32,000 bases of DNA from Candidatus Saccharimonadota bacterium (GTDB taxonomy: Bacteria; Pseudomonadota; Gammaproteobacteria; Enterobacterales; Enterobacteriaceae): contig CP145877.1 of assembly GCA_045690015.1 (NCBI GenBank), forward strand, positions 60,001 to 92,000, written 5' to 3'. The stretch's first letter is position 1. Each line of letters starts with the position of its first letter. This document shows, one piece after another, positions 6,904 through 17,298 of the stretch. The notes beneath the pieces were generated by a model. The model made no database searches, was not told the origin of the DNA, and saw only the letters and a list, made by a program, of their open reading frames with translations. Position numbers and translations under genes: made by a program.

Positions 6904-9468
6904 ATGAGCAACCTTGCTAGCAGCAGTGAAATTATACCCATTCATCTTGAAGAAGAACTTGAAAAGTCTTATTTAGATTATGCTATGTCTGTTATAGTTG
7001 GACGAGCATTACCTGATATTAGAGATGGACTAAAACCTGTCCATCGTCGTGTTCTCTATGCTATGCATATACTTAGTAATAATTGGAATAAGCCATATAA
7101 AAAATCTGCTCGCATAGTAGGTGACGTTATTGGAAAATATCATCCTCATGGGGATATAGCAGTATATGATGCACTAGTTAGGATGGCACAATCTTTTTCT
7201 CTTCGTTATGTATTAGTGGATGGGCAAGGAAATTTTGGATCAATTGATGGAGATCCTGCAGCTGCGATGCGTTATACAGAAGTACGCATGGCAAAAATTT
7301 CCCATGAACTTCTAGCCGATTTAGAAAAAGAAACTGTTAAATTTATACTAAACTATGATGGAAACGAACATATTCCGGAAGTATTTCCTACAAAAATTCC
7401 TAATTTATTAATAAATGGTTGTTCTGGAATTGCAGTAGGAATGGCGACTAATATCCCTCCACACAATTTAAGTGAAATTATTAATGGGTGTTTAGCTTAT
7501 ATTGAGGACAATAATCTTAGTATTGAAGAATTAATGAAAAATATTCCAGGTCCTGATTTTCCTACAGGTGCAATTATTAATGGTAGCAGCGGTATTAAAG
7601 AAGCATATCGTACGGGACGTGGTAAAATTCATCTTAGAGCGCGTTGTAAGATCCAGCAAGATCCTAAAACGGGACGTGAAACTATTATTTGTTATGAGAT
7701 TCCTTATCAAGTAAATAAGGCTCGTCTAATTGAAAAAATTGCCGAGTTAATTAAAGAAAAACGTATTGAAGGTATTAATACATTACGCGACGAATCAGAT
7801 AAAGATGGTACGCGTATTTTTATTGAAATTAAACGTGACTTCATTGGAGAAGTAGTATTAAATCATCTTTATAATTTAACTCAATTACAAGTTTCTTTTA
7901 ATATTAATATGGTAGCATTACATGAGGGTAAACCACAACTTCTCAGTTTAAAAGATATGATAGCAGCTTTTATTCATCATAGACGCGAAGTAGTTATACG
8001 TCGAACCATTTACGATTTAAATAAAACACGCAAAAGTGCTCACATTTTAGAAGGTTTGGCAATTGCATTAGTAAATATTGATCCGATGATAGAAATGATT
8101 CGTAATAGTAAAAATGTTACTGAAGCTAAATCAGTACTTTTATCGCAGGATTGGAATTGTGATGATCTTCCATCTATGCTTAGACAAAATATTTTGCAAA
8201 AAAACTCTCATTTAGAGATTAGGAAACAATCGGATGTTTATACTAAGAATAAATATCATCTTTCAGAACAACAAACACAAGCAATATTAGAATTACGCTT
8301 AAATAAGCTTACTAGCTTAGAGTATAAAAATTTACTTGATGAATATCATGGTTTGTTAATAAAAATAAAAGAGTTAACCCATATTCTTAAACATTCTGAG
8401 CAGTTAATGAGAGTGATTCGCAATGAATTAATTGAAATTCGTAATCAATTTAGTGACAAACGTCGTACTGAAATTATCACACAAAGTGTTGATATCAATA
8501 TTCAAGATCTTATTAGTAATGTGCCTGTTGTAGTGACTTTATCACATCTAGGGTATGTAAAATATCAACAATTGTCCGAATATGAAGCGCAACATCGAGG
8601 TGGAAAAGGTAAATCAGCTGCTCGTATAAAAGAACAAGATTATATAGAACGATTATTAGTTGCAAATAGTCATGATTCTATTCTTTGTTTTTCGAGTATT
8701 GGTAAATTATACTGGCTCAAAGTTTATCACTTACCCGAAGCTAATCGTTGTTCCAAAGGACGTCCAATTGTTAATATTTTGCCATTGGGATCTAATGAGA
8801 GAATTACAGCCATTCTTCCCCTACCAATTCATGATAATATATCGGGAAAACATGTTTTTATGGCTACTGCAAAAGGTTTAGTAAAGAAAACTCCTATAAG
8901 TGAATTGAACAAGCAACGAAATGCGGGCATCATTGCTATCAATCTCAATGAAGATGATGAACTTATAGGAGTAAATTTCACCAATGGAAGTAATGATGTT
9001 ATGTTATTTTCAGCTGCAGGGAAAGTAGTACGTTTTCCAGAACAATCAGTACGATCAATGGGTAGAACATCCGCTGGAGTACGTGGAATTAAGTTATCTT
9101 CTGTGGATCGAGTTGTTTCATTAATTATTCCACAGAATAAAGGAGAAATTCTAACCGTTACTCAAAATGGATATGGAAAAAGAACAACTCTTGATGAATA
9201 TCCGCTTAAATCTCGGGCTACACAGGGAGTAATTTCTATAAAAGTTACTAAGCGCAATGGTAATGTAGTGGGTGCAGTTCAAGTTGAGAATTATGATCAA
9301 GTGATGATAATTACGGATGCGGGAACTTTAGTTCGTATTAGAGTCTTAGAAGTTAGTTTAGTTGGACGTAATACTCAAGGTGTAGTTTTAATACGTACTT
9401 CACTCAATGAACATGTAGTTGGATTACAACGAGTTGTTGAACCTATTATAGATAAAGTTGTCAAATAA
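6904..9468 (+). CDS. gyrA: DNA gyrase subunit A
   Basis: 854 aa. Contains [32 protein letters not shown], the active-site AAMRYTE and the GyrA-box-like HRGGKGKSA. It lacks the acidic C-terminal tail of the E. coli protein. Confidence 0.98.
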   Translation: MSNLASSSEIIPIHLEEELEKSYLDYAMSVIVGRALPDIRDGLKPVHRRVLYAMHILSNNWNKPYKKSARIVGDVIGKYHPHGDIAVYDALVRMAQSFSLRYVLVDGQGNFGSIDGDPAAAMRYTEVRMAKISHELLADLEKETVKFILNYDGNEHIPEVFPTKIPNLLINGCSGIAVGMATNIPPHNLSEIINGCLAYIEDNNLSIEELMKNIPGPDFPTGAIINGSSGIKEAYRTGRGKIHLRARCKIQQDPKTGRETIICYEIPYQVNKARLIEKIAELIKEKRIEGINTLRDESDKDGTRIFIEIKRDFIGEVVLNHLYNLTQLQVSFNINMVALHEGKPQLLSLKDMIAAFIHHRREVVIRRTIYDLNKTRKSAHILEGLAIALVNIDPMIEMIRNSKNVTEAKSVLLSQDWNCDDLPSMLRQNILQKNSHLEIRKQSDVYTKNKYHLSEQQTQAILELRLNKLTSLEYKNLLDEYHGLLIKIKELTHILKHSEQLMRVIRNELIEIRNQFSDKRRTEIITQSVDINIQDLISNVPVVVTLSHLGYVKYQQLSEYEAQHRGGKGKSAARIKEQDYIERLLVANSHDSILCFSSIGKLYWLKVYHLPEANRCSKGRPIVNILPLGSNERITAILPLPIHDNISGKHVFMATAKGLVKKTPISELNKQRNAGIIAINLNEDDELIGVNFTNGSNDVMLFSAAGKVVRFPEQSVRSMGRTSAGVRGIKLSSVDRVVSLIIPQNKGEILTVTQNGYGKRTTLDEYPLKSRATQGVISIKVTKRNGNVVGAVQVENYDQVMIITDAGTLVRIRVLEVSLVGRNTQGVVLIRTSLNEHVVGLQRVVEPIIDKVVK

Positions 9469-9495
9469 TAAAAATTTTTAAAAAACTAGCCAATT

Positions 9496-9825
9496 ATGTA
9501 TCATCATGAAAATGAAGCGGTTATTATATTATGTACTGTGCCTAATGAAGAATGGGCACTAAAAATAGCGAATAAATTATTAACCGAAAAAATAGCAGCT
9601 TGTATAACATATTGGATTAACGCTAAATCTTTATATTATTGGAACGATAAACTTCAAAATACTACAGAAGTACAAATGTTAATAAAGAGCGATGCTTTGC
9701 ATCAAACTGAATTACTAAGAGTACTTAAAAATATGCATCCATATCAAATACCAGAAATATTAAGTTTGCCTATCAGAGATGGTAACAAACAATATCTTTC
9801 ATGGATATCTAAATCATTAATATAA
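9496..9825 (+). CDS. cutA: Divalent-cation tolerance protein CutA
   Basis: 109 aa. IAACITYWINAKSLYYWNDKL...EVQMLIKS...HPYQIPEILSLPI...YLSWISKSL aligns with E. coli CutA. Confidence 0.9.
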   Translation: MYHHENEAVIILCTVPNEEWALKIANKLLTEKIAACITYWINAKSLYYWNDKLQNTTEVQMLIKSDALHQTELLRVLKNMHPYQIPEILSLPIRDGNKQYLSWISKSLI

Positions 9826-9855
9826 TGAGTTACTTATTTTGTTGGTTTATTTAAA

Positions 9856-9931
9856 GCCTGGATAGCTCAGTTGGTAGAGCAGGGGACTGAAAATCCCTGT
9901 GTCGGTGGTTCAATTCCGCCTCCAGGCACCA
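9856..9931 (+). tRNA. tRNA-Phe (anticodon GAA), CCA encoded
   Basis: GCCTGGATAGCTCAGTTGGTAGAGCAGGGGACTGAAAATCCCTGTGTCGGTGGTTCAATTCCGCCTCCAGGCACCA folds as a 76-nt cloverleaf with anticodon loop CUGAAAA. It is close to E. coli tRNA-Phe. Confidence 0.97.
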
Positions 9932-10078
9932 TAAATTAATTATAACCAAGGATTTTTTTTTATTATAGTAAAATTAAAGTACTAAACTTAAACTAAGATT
10001 AACAAATAATTAAATTATCAATTTATATCCTAAAAAAAATGATATTTAGGTGATTTTATTTATTAATGGAGATAAATT

Positions 10079-10507
10079 GTGAAATCAACTAAAAGGCGTC
10101 GTGCACGTGAATATGTTCTCCAGGCACTTTATTGTTGGCAGTTATCTGGTAATGACATTAATGAAATTGAGTCTCAGTTATTTTTTAAACCTGACCTTAA
10201 AAATATAGACATGCTTTATTTCAGTGAATTGTTACGAGGTATTATATCTTTTAAAGCTGATTTGGATGTAATAATAGAAAAACATATTAGCAGAAAATTA
10301 GAGGAAATAGGACCAATTGAAAAAGCTATTTTACGATTATCTTTATTTGAATTAATTAAATTTCATGATATTCCTTATAAAGTAATAATCAATGAAGGAA
10401 TAGAATTAGCAAAAGCATTTGGGGCAGAAGATAGTCATAAATTTATTAATGCTGTATTAGACAATGCTACTATAAAAATCCGTCCTAAAAGTAATGAATC
10501 TGTATAA
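10079..10507 (+). CDS. nusB: Transcription antitermination factor NusB
   Basis: 142 aa. GTG start with GGAG 8 nt upstream. RRRAREYVLQALYCWQLSGNDI...AFGAEDSHKFINAVLD aligns with E. coli NusB. Confidence 0.96.
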   Translation: MKSTKRRRAREYVLQALYCWQLSGNDINEIESQLFFKPDLKNIDMLYFSELLRGIISFKADLDVIIEKHISRKLEEIGPIEKAILRLSLFELIKFHDIPYKVIINEGIELAKAFGAEDSHKFINAVLDNATIKIRPKSNESV

Positions 10508-10902
10508 AAGAATGTTAGGTATTTGAAAATGCATACAATTACTTTATCACATTTATTAGTTAGTAAAGTAACTGTTTTTAAAATGGGTTAAATTGTATGG
10601 TTTTATACTACTACTATTGTATTGCAATAATAGTAGGTATTAGGATGAATGTTCAATGTTTTTTTCCTTAGTTATTTAATTTATTACATAAACATATCTT
10701 TTTAATTTTCATCTTCCTTAGTTAAGGTAGTATTTTAATATAGGAATACTTAATGATAAGAGGATGAGATGAATCTCTTGCGATATATAAATAATTCACT
10801 TTAATATACCTTTCTTTTCTACCAATTCATAACCGTTTTTACATGACATTATCGCGGTAATTATATTATTAAGATATACAATTTAAGTTATAAATCATAA
10901 TC

Positions 10903-11424
10903 ATGAAAATCAGTTTAATTGCAGCTATCGCCAATAATAATGTTATTGGAATAAACAATACTATTCCATGGTATTTACCGGCAGACATAGATTGGTTTAA
11001 GAAACACACTTTTAATAAACCAGTTCTTATGGGACGTTGTACATGGCAATCCCTTAAAAAACCATTACGAGGAAGGCATAATATTGTAGTTAGTAAAACT
11101 ATTACTAACCTTCTTCTTGCTGATAATAGTAGAGTTAGCTTGGTATCATCGATACAATTAGCTTTAGATTTAGCATTAAATTTAAATTATAAAGAAATTA
11201 TGGTAATAGGAGGAGAAAATATATATCATCAGATGCTGAAATATGCTGATAGTCTTTATCTCACATATATTAATCTAGAAGTAAAAGGAGACAGTTATTT
11301 CCCTATTTACTTTCGTAATGAATGGATCTCTATATTCCAAGAATTTCATTCTGCAGATCAGAAAAATAATTATAGTTATTGGTTTGAAATTCTTAACCGG
11401 AGGTATAAAAAACCAGTGAATTAA
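10903..11424 (+). CDS. folA: Dihydrofolate reductase
   Basis: 173 aa. ISLIAAIANNNVIGINNTIPWYLPADIDWFKKHTFNKPVLMGRCTWQSL aligns with E. coli DHFR, and the catalytic Asp in LPAD is retained. Confidence 0.95.
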   Translation: MKISLIAAIANNNVIGINNTIPWYLPADIDWFKKHTFNKPVLMGRCTWQSLKKPLRGRHNIVVSKTITNLLLADNSRVSLVSSIQLALDLALNLNYKEIMVIGGENIYHQMLKYADSLYLTYINLEVKGDSYFPIYFRNEWISIFQEFHSADQKNNYSYWFEILNRRYKKPVN

Positions 11425-11428
11425 TGAA

Positions 11429-11504
11429 TGGCTCCTCTGACTGGACTCGAACCAGTGACATACGGATTAACAGTCCGTCGTTCTACCAACTGAACTACAG
11501 AGGA
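11429..11504 (-). tRNA. tRNA-Asn (anticodon GUU), CCA encoded
   Basis: The reverse complement reads TCCTCTGTAGTTCAGTTGGTAGAACGACGGACTGTTAATCCGTATGTCACTGGTTCGAGTCCAGTCAGAGGAGCCA, nearly identical to E. coli tRNA-Asn. The anticodon loop is CUGUUAA. Confidence 0.97.
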
Positions 11505-11512
11505 AAAGAAAT

Positions 11513-11541
11513 ATTTTAAAAAATGCTATTTATCTTGTCAA
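11513..11541 (-). promoter_or_regulatory. Sigma70-type promoter for tRNA-Asn
   Basis: The minus strand reads TTGACA (11541-11536), then a 17-nt spacer, then TAAAAT (11518-11513), then 8 nt to the mature tRNA 5' end at 11504. The -35 is perfect, the -10 is 5/6 and the spacing is optimal. It sits in the 54-bp gap after the asnS stop. Confidence 0.6.
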
Positions 11542-11558
11542 TTGTTAATTAATAAAAA

Positions 11559-12953
11559 CTAAAATTTCGCATTACGTGGCGTACGTGGAAATGGAATAGT
11601 ATCTTTAATATTTGGAATTCCAGTTACATAGGCTATTAGTCGTTCAAAACCTAAACCAAATCCTGAATGGGGTACAGTCCCATACCGACGTAAATCACGA
11701 TACCACCAATATTCTTCTTTTTTTATTGCTTTTTCACACATTCTTTGATCAAGTATATTTAAACGTTCCTCACGTTGTGAACCACCAATAATTTCTCCTA
11801 TTCCAGGAACTAAAATATCCAAAGATGCTACGGTTTGATTGTTATCATTAAGACGCATATAAAAGGGTTTTATATCTTTTGGATAATTTATTACTGCTAC
11901 TGGACCATTAAAATAATGTTCAGCTAAATAACGTTCATGCTCTGATGATAAATCGATGCCCCAAAAAATTGAATTTTGAAAATTTTTCTTACTTGATAAA
12001 AGGATTTTTATCGCCTCAGAATAATCCATAACAACTAGATTTTGGTTTATTAATTGTTCTAAACGATTAATAAGATTTGGATCAAACTTAGCAAAAAATT
12101 TTAGATCTTCAAATCTTTCACTCAATACAGTTTCAATAATATTTATTAGCATTTTTTCTGCTAAGCAAATAATGTCATTTAATGTAGCAAATGCTACTTC
12201 AGGCTCAACCATCCAAAACTCGGCTAGATGACGGCTCGTATTAGAATTTTCTGCACGAAAAGTTGGTCCAAAAGTATATACTTTTGATAATGCGCAAGCA
12301 TAGGATTCACAATTCAACTGTCCTGTTCCAGTTAAAAAGCTTGCTTTAGCAAAAAAATCCTTAGTAAAATCAATTCTGCCTTCATTATTTAAAGGTAAGG
12401 ATTCTAAATCTAAATTAGATACACGAAACATTTCTCCCATTCCTTCAGTATCATAAGTGGTAATAATGGGAGTCGCAATCCATAAATAACCATTTTCATG
12501 AAAAAAACGATGAATACTTTGTGCTAATGTATGACGAATACGTGACACAGCACCAATAAAAGTAGTACGTGGACGTAAATGACAAATATCCCGTAAATAT
12601 TCTCGAGAATGATGTTTTGCCGCAATAGGATATGTATTTGGATCTTCAATCCAACCAACTACGTTTATTAAGGTAATAGCTATTTCAAAATCTTGTTCTT
12701 TTCCTGATGAAATTATAAGTTTTCCTGTAACTATTACAGAACATCCAGTAGATAAATGTAATACTTCTTTATAATTAGCCAAAGAATTTTCCGCAACCGC
12801 TTGAATAGTATCCAAGCATGAACCATCAGATATAGCAATAAATGAAATACCAGATTTTGAAGATCTTTTAGTACGTACCCATCCTTTTAAAGTTACAATA
12901 CTATTAAGTTGGATACGATGTTTTAAAATATCCACTACAGAGACTTCACGCAT
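11559..12953 (-). CDS. asnS: Asparaginyl-tRNA synthetase
   Basis: 464 aa with full-length similarity to E. coli AsnRS ([54 protein letters not shown]). Confidence 0.98.
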   Translation of the reverse strand: MREVSVVDILKHRIQLNSIVTLKGWVRTKRSSKSGISFIAISDGSCLDTIQAVAENSLANYKEVLHLSTGCSVIVTGKLIISSGKEQDFEIAITLINVVGWIEDPNTYPIAAKHHSREYLRDICHLRPRTTFIGAVSRIRHTLAQSIHRFFHENGYLWIATPIITTYDTEGMGEMFRVSNLDLESLPLNNEGRIDFTKDFFAKASFLTGTGQLNCESYACALSKVYTFGPTFRAENSNTSRHLAEFWMVEPEVAFATLNDIICLAEKMLINIIETVLSERFEDLKFFAKFDPNLINRLEQLINQNLVVMDYSEAIKILLSSKKNFQNSIFWGIDLSSEHERYLAEHYFNGPVAVINYPKDIKPFYMRLNDNNQTVASLDILVPGIGEIIGGSQREERLNILDQRMCEKAIKKEEYWWYRDLRRYGTVPHSGFGLGFERLIAYVTGIPNIKDTIPFPRTPRNAKF

Positions 12954-13041
12954 AAATATCTCTCGAAGGTTTAAATTAATAAAATGTTCATTTATATTGA
13001 TTATATTTTTATTAAAAGATTAATTAATGAGATAATTATAA

Positions 13042-14046
13042 ATGTTATATAATCTAATTCGCAAGATTTTATTTAAATTAGATCCGGAATGGGTGCATGA
13101 AAAAATATGTAATAACAGTAAATTAATTACATTATTTAAGCCCTTAATTCCGGATATGATCTCATCAAAACCTATAAATTGTATGGGAATAACTTTTAAA
13201 AATTTACTAGGACTGGCAGCGGGACTAGATAAAAATGGGGAGTTTATTAATAATCTTGCATTAATGGGTTTTGGCTATATAGAAATTGGTACAGTAACTC
13301 CGAAACCACAAGTGGGTAATAAAAAACCACGTATTTTTCGTATTCCAGAAGCAGAAGCCTTTATTAACCGTATGGGTTTTAATAATCAAGGAGTTGATAA
13401 ATTAATTAAAAACGTAAAAAAAGCAAAATTTAAAGGAATTTTAGGTATTAATATTAGCAAAAATAAAGATACTCCTATAGAGCTTAGCAAAGAAGATTTT
13501 CTAATTTGTATGAATAAAATTTATCAGTATGCCAGTTATATCGCAATTAATCTTTCTTCTCCTAATACTCCAAATTTACGTAGTTTACAATATGGTGAAA
13601 TTTTAGAAGATTTATTAAAACATCTTAAAAACGAACAACAATTGCTCACGCAAAGATATAATAAATATGTTCCTTTAGTCATAAAAATATCTCCAGATCT
13701 ATCTGAATCTGAATTAGTTCAAATAGCTGACACTATAGTAAGATATAATATGGATGGTATTATCGCTACTAATACTACACTCGATCATACCCTAGTAAAA
13801 GGATTAAAATACTGTCAAGAAATAGGAGGTTTAAGTGGAGTTCCCCTGCAATATCGTAGTACTGAAGTTATTAGAATATTAAACAAAGAATTACAAGGAC
13901 ATATCCCTATTATAGGTGTGGGAGGAATTAATAGTTTTCTTTCGGCTCGTGAAAAAATAGCAGCAGGAGCAACATTATTACAAATATATTCTGGATTAAT
14001 ATATAAAGGACCATCTTTATTAAAAGAAATCTTGATAAATCTTTAA
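13042..14046 (+). CDS. pyrD: Dihydroorotate dehydrogenase (quinone), class 2
   Basis: 334 aa. [41 protein letters not shown] and IIGVGGI align with E. coli PyrD. Confidence 0.97.
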   Translation: MLYNLIRKILFKLDPEWVHEKICNNSKLITLFKPLIPDMISSKPINCMGITFKNLLGLAAGLDKNGEFINNLALMGFGYIEIGTVTPKPQVGNKKPRIFRIPEAEAFINRMGFNNQGVDKLIKNVKKAKFKGILGINISKNKDTPIELSKEDFLICMNKIYQYASYIAINLSSPNTPNLRSLQYGEILEDLLKHLKNEQQLLTQRYNKYVPLVIKISPDLSESELVQIADTIVRYNMDGIIATNTTLDHTLVKGLKYCQEIGGLSGVPLQYRSTEVIRILNKELQGHIPIIGVGGINSFLSAREKIAAGATLLQIYSGLIYKGPSLLKEILINL

Positions 14047-14313
14047 TTAAGCTAAATCAATATCACTAGTAGGTATTGAACAACAGGAAAGAATAAATCC
14101 ATTAATACTTACTTGTGGTTTTTTTATCTTTCCTTTAATTAAACGCAACTTACATGCTCCACATATTCCAGATCTACAATAATAAGGAATAAAAAATCGT
14201 TGTTCTTCAAGCTGTTCAATTAAAACTTGTTGAGTATTTCCATAAAAAGCTATTCCTTGATACGATAGCCTAATAATAGCAAGATTTTTTATTAACATAA
14301 TATCAAACTCCAT
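14047..14313 (-). CDS. Small plant-type 2Fe-2S ferredoxin-domain protein, apparently the surviving C-terminal domain of YcbX
   Basis: 88 aa. Cys pattern C46-x4-C51-x2-C54...C77/C78 (CRSGICGACKLRL...ILSCCS). The segment GNTQQVLIEQLEEQ..IPYYCRSGICGAC...ILSCCSIP resembles my recollection of the E. coli YcbX C-terminus. It is convergent with pyrD, like ycbX in E. coli. An alternative start at 14298 (codon 6) has GGAG 9 nt upstream. Confidence 0.7.
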   Translation of the reverse strand: MEFDIMLIKNLAIIRLSYQGIAFYGNTQQVLIEQLEEQRFFIPYYCRSGICGACKLRLIKGKIKKPQVSINGFILSCCSIPTSDIDLA

Positions 14314-14481
14314 TACTCTAAAAATTATTACAGGAAGTGAAAAAAAAATTATATATATAGCTATTTCAGATACAATAACTATTATTAGAATAATTTTCTT
14401 GGTTTTACTTAGTCGTAAATAGTTTTTTGTATGATATCTTCGAAGTTAAAGATTATAGTTATTAACCATCAATAAAATCAT

Positions 14482-15327
14482 ATGAAATATATTGGAGCTC
14501 ATGTTAGTACCTCTGGAGGCCTTGAACAAGCAGTATTACGTGCTAATAAATTAAATGCTACTGCTTTTTCACTTTTTGTAAAAAATCAACGACAGTGGAA
14601 TGCTACTGCTTTAAGTAAGGATGAAATTAATCGTTTCCGCAGTTTATGTGAACAATATAACTTTACATCTAAACAAATTATATCCCATAACAGTTATTTA
14701 GTTAATCTGGGGCATCCGGTTAAGGAATTACTAGAAAAATCTCGTTTAGCTTTTATAGATGAAATGCAAAGGTGTCATCAACTAGGAATTAAATTGTTAA
14801 ATTTTCATCCTGGTAGTCATCTTAATATGATAGATGAGGATACATGTTTAAAAACTATTGCCGAATCAATTAATATTGCATTAGAAAAAATACCTGATGT
14901 AATTGCCGTAATTGAAAATACAGCTGGTCAAGGAACTAATTTAGGTTTCTTATTTGAACATCTAGCTGAAATCATTAATTTAGTAGAAGATCAATCGCGC
15001 ATTGGTGTTTGTGTCGATACTTGTCATGCATTCGCCGCAGGTTATAATTTTTGTACTCAAGAATTATATAATAAAACATTTATAAAATTTGAAAAAATTA
15101 TTGGTTTTAAATATTTACGTGCAATGCATCTGAATGATGCAAAAAGCATGTTTAATAGTCGCATTGATCGTCATCAATCTCTAGGATTAGGCAATATCGG
15201 AAAAGGTGCTTTTCAATGGATCATGAATGATCATCGTTTTAATGATATCCCCCTAATTATTGAAACCATTAATCCTGTTCTTTGGAAAGATGAAATTGCA
15301 TGGTTAAAAGCTCAACAATTAACTTAA
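14482..15327 (+). CDS. nfo: Endonuclease IV (AP endonuclease)
   Basis: 281 aa. [44 protein letters not shown] and MHLNDAK align end to end with E. coli Nfo. Confidence 0.97.
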   Translation: MKYIGAHVSTSGGLEQAVLRANKLNATAFSLFVKNQRQWNATALSKDEINRFRSLCEQYNFTSKQIISHNSYLVNLGHPVKELLEKSRLAFIDEMQRCHQLGIKLLNFHPGSHLNMIDEDTCLKTIAESINIALEKIPDVIAVIENTAGQGTNLGFLFEHLAEIINLVEDQSRIGVCVDTCHAFAAGYNFCTQELYNKTFIKFEKIIGFKYLRAMHLNDAKSMFNSRIDRHQSLGLGNIGKGAFQWIMNDHRFNDIPLIIETINPVLWKDEIAWLKAQQLT

Positions 15328-15378
15328 GATATGGATATAGTATCAATATTATTAATTCAATTAAATAAGGAAATTTTT

Positions 15379-15666
15379 ATGATAACAATTCATGCTGTAA
15401 AACATAATGAGCATGGAAAGAGTGCCAACAGACGTTTACGAGCAGCACATTTATTACCTGCTATCATTTACGGAGGTAATAAAGAATCTATTTCAATTAT
15501 TTTAGATCTTAATACAATAATGAAATTACAAAATAAAAATCAATTTTATAATGAGCCTTTAACTTTAATTATTGATGGTCAAGAAAATAAAGTAAAAGTA
15601 CAAGAAATACAGCATCATCCATTTAAACCCAAAATACTTCATGTTGATTTCATCAGATACGAATAA
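15379..15666 (+). CDS. rplY: 50S ribosomal protein L25
   Basis: MITIHAVKHNEHGKSANRRLRAAHLLPAIIYGG... aligns with E. coli L25 from residue 1. ATG 15379 has AAGGA 7 nt upstream. The ORF-track start at 15331 adds 16 unsupported residues. Confidence 0.93.
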   Translation: MITIHAVKHNEHGKSANRRLRAAHLLPAIIYGGNKESISIILDLNTIMKLQNKNQFYNEPLTLIIDGQENKVKVQEIQHHPFKPKILHVDFIRYE

Positions 15667-15682
15667 AATAAATCCATCAGTA

Positions 15683-15756
15683 CGGCACGTAGCGCAGCTT
15701 GGTAGCGCACTGTCATGGGGTGGCAGTGGTCAGAGGTTCAAATCCTCTCGTGCCGA
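15683..15756 (+). tRNA. proL: tRNA-Pro (anticodon GGG); 3' CCA not encoded (genomic TCA)
   Basis: CGGCACGTAGCGCAGCTTGGTAGCGCACTGTCATGGGGTGGCAGTGGTCAGAGGTTCAAATCCTCTCGTGCCGA is close to E. coli proL. The anticodon loop is AUGGGGU. Discriminator A at 15756 is followed by TCA. Confidence 0.95.
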
Positions 15757-15801
15757 TCACTTAATAGTTATAGATAGATGTTGTTAAATGAGGATTGATA
15801 A

Positions 15802-17154
<1,353 letters not shown>

Positions 17155-17298
17155 TTAATCAGAAATTTTTGGAGGAAAGGAATTAAGACACCAATAATAT
17201 TTGGACTCATAGGATTATTCATACATAGTGAATTAATGGTTTTTTATATTAAAATCCGCAACTATAAGAACAAAGATGGTTAATTTAAAAAAAAAAAT

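Noticed and set aside
9953-9961. T9 run 22 nt after tRNA-Phe, considered as a terminator U-tract
   Set aside because: No GC-containing stem precedes it, so a homopolymer alone is not a terminator.
10529-10591. 20-codon ORF MHTITLSHLLVSKVTVFKMG in the nusB-folA spacer
   Set aside because: It has no RBS and no convincing homology (only a faint resemblance to the ThiL N-terminus), and it is too short to support as a gene.
10611-10636. Imperfect palindrome CTACTATT-N10-AATAGTAG downstream of nusB, considered as a terminator
   Set aside because: The stem is AT-only and 8 bp, it is about 100 bp from the nusB stop, and no U-tract follows. It cannot be distinguished from chance in this composition.
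15331-15378. N-terminal extensions suggested by the ORF track for rplY; likewise iscA 1891-1905, iscU 2316-2324, purA 15826-15852 and rpsF 20229-20231
   Set aside because: The extensions have no counterpart in the E. coli orthologues. The internal ATGs match the orthologue N-termini and, except for purA, have better Shine-Dalgarno sequences.
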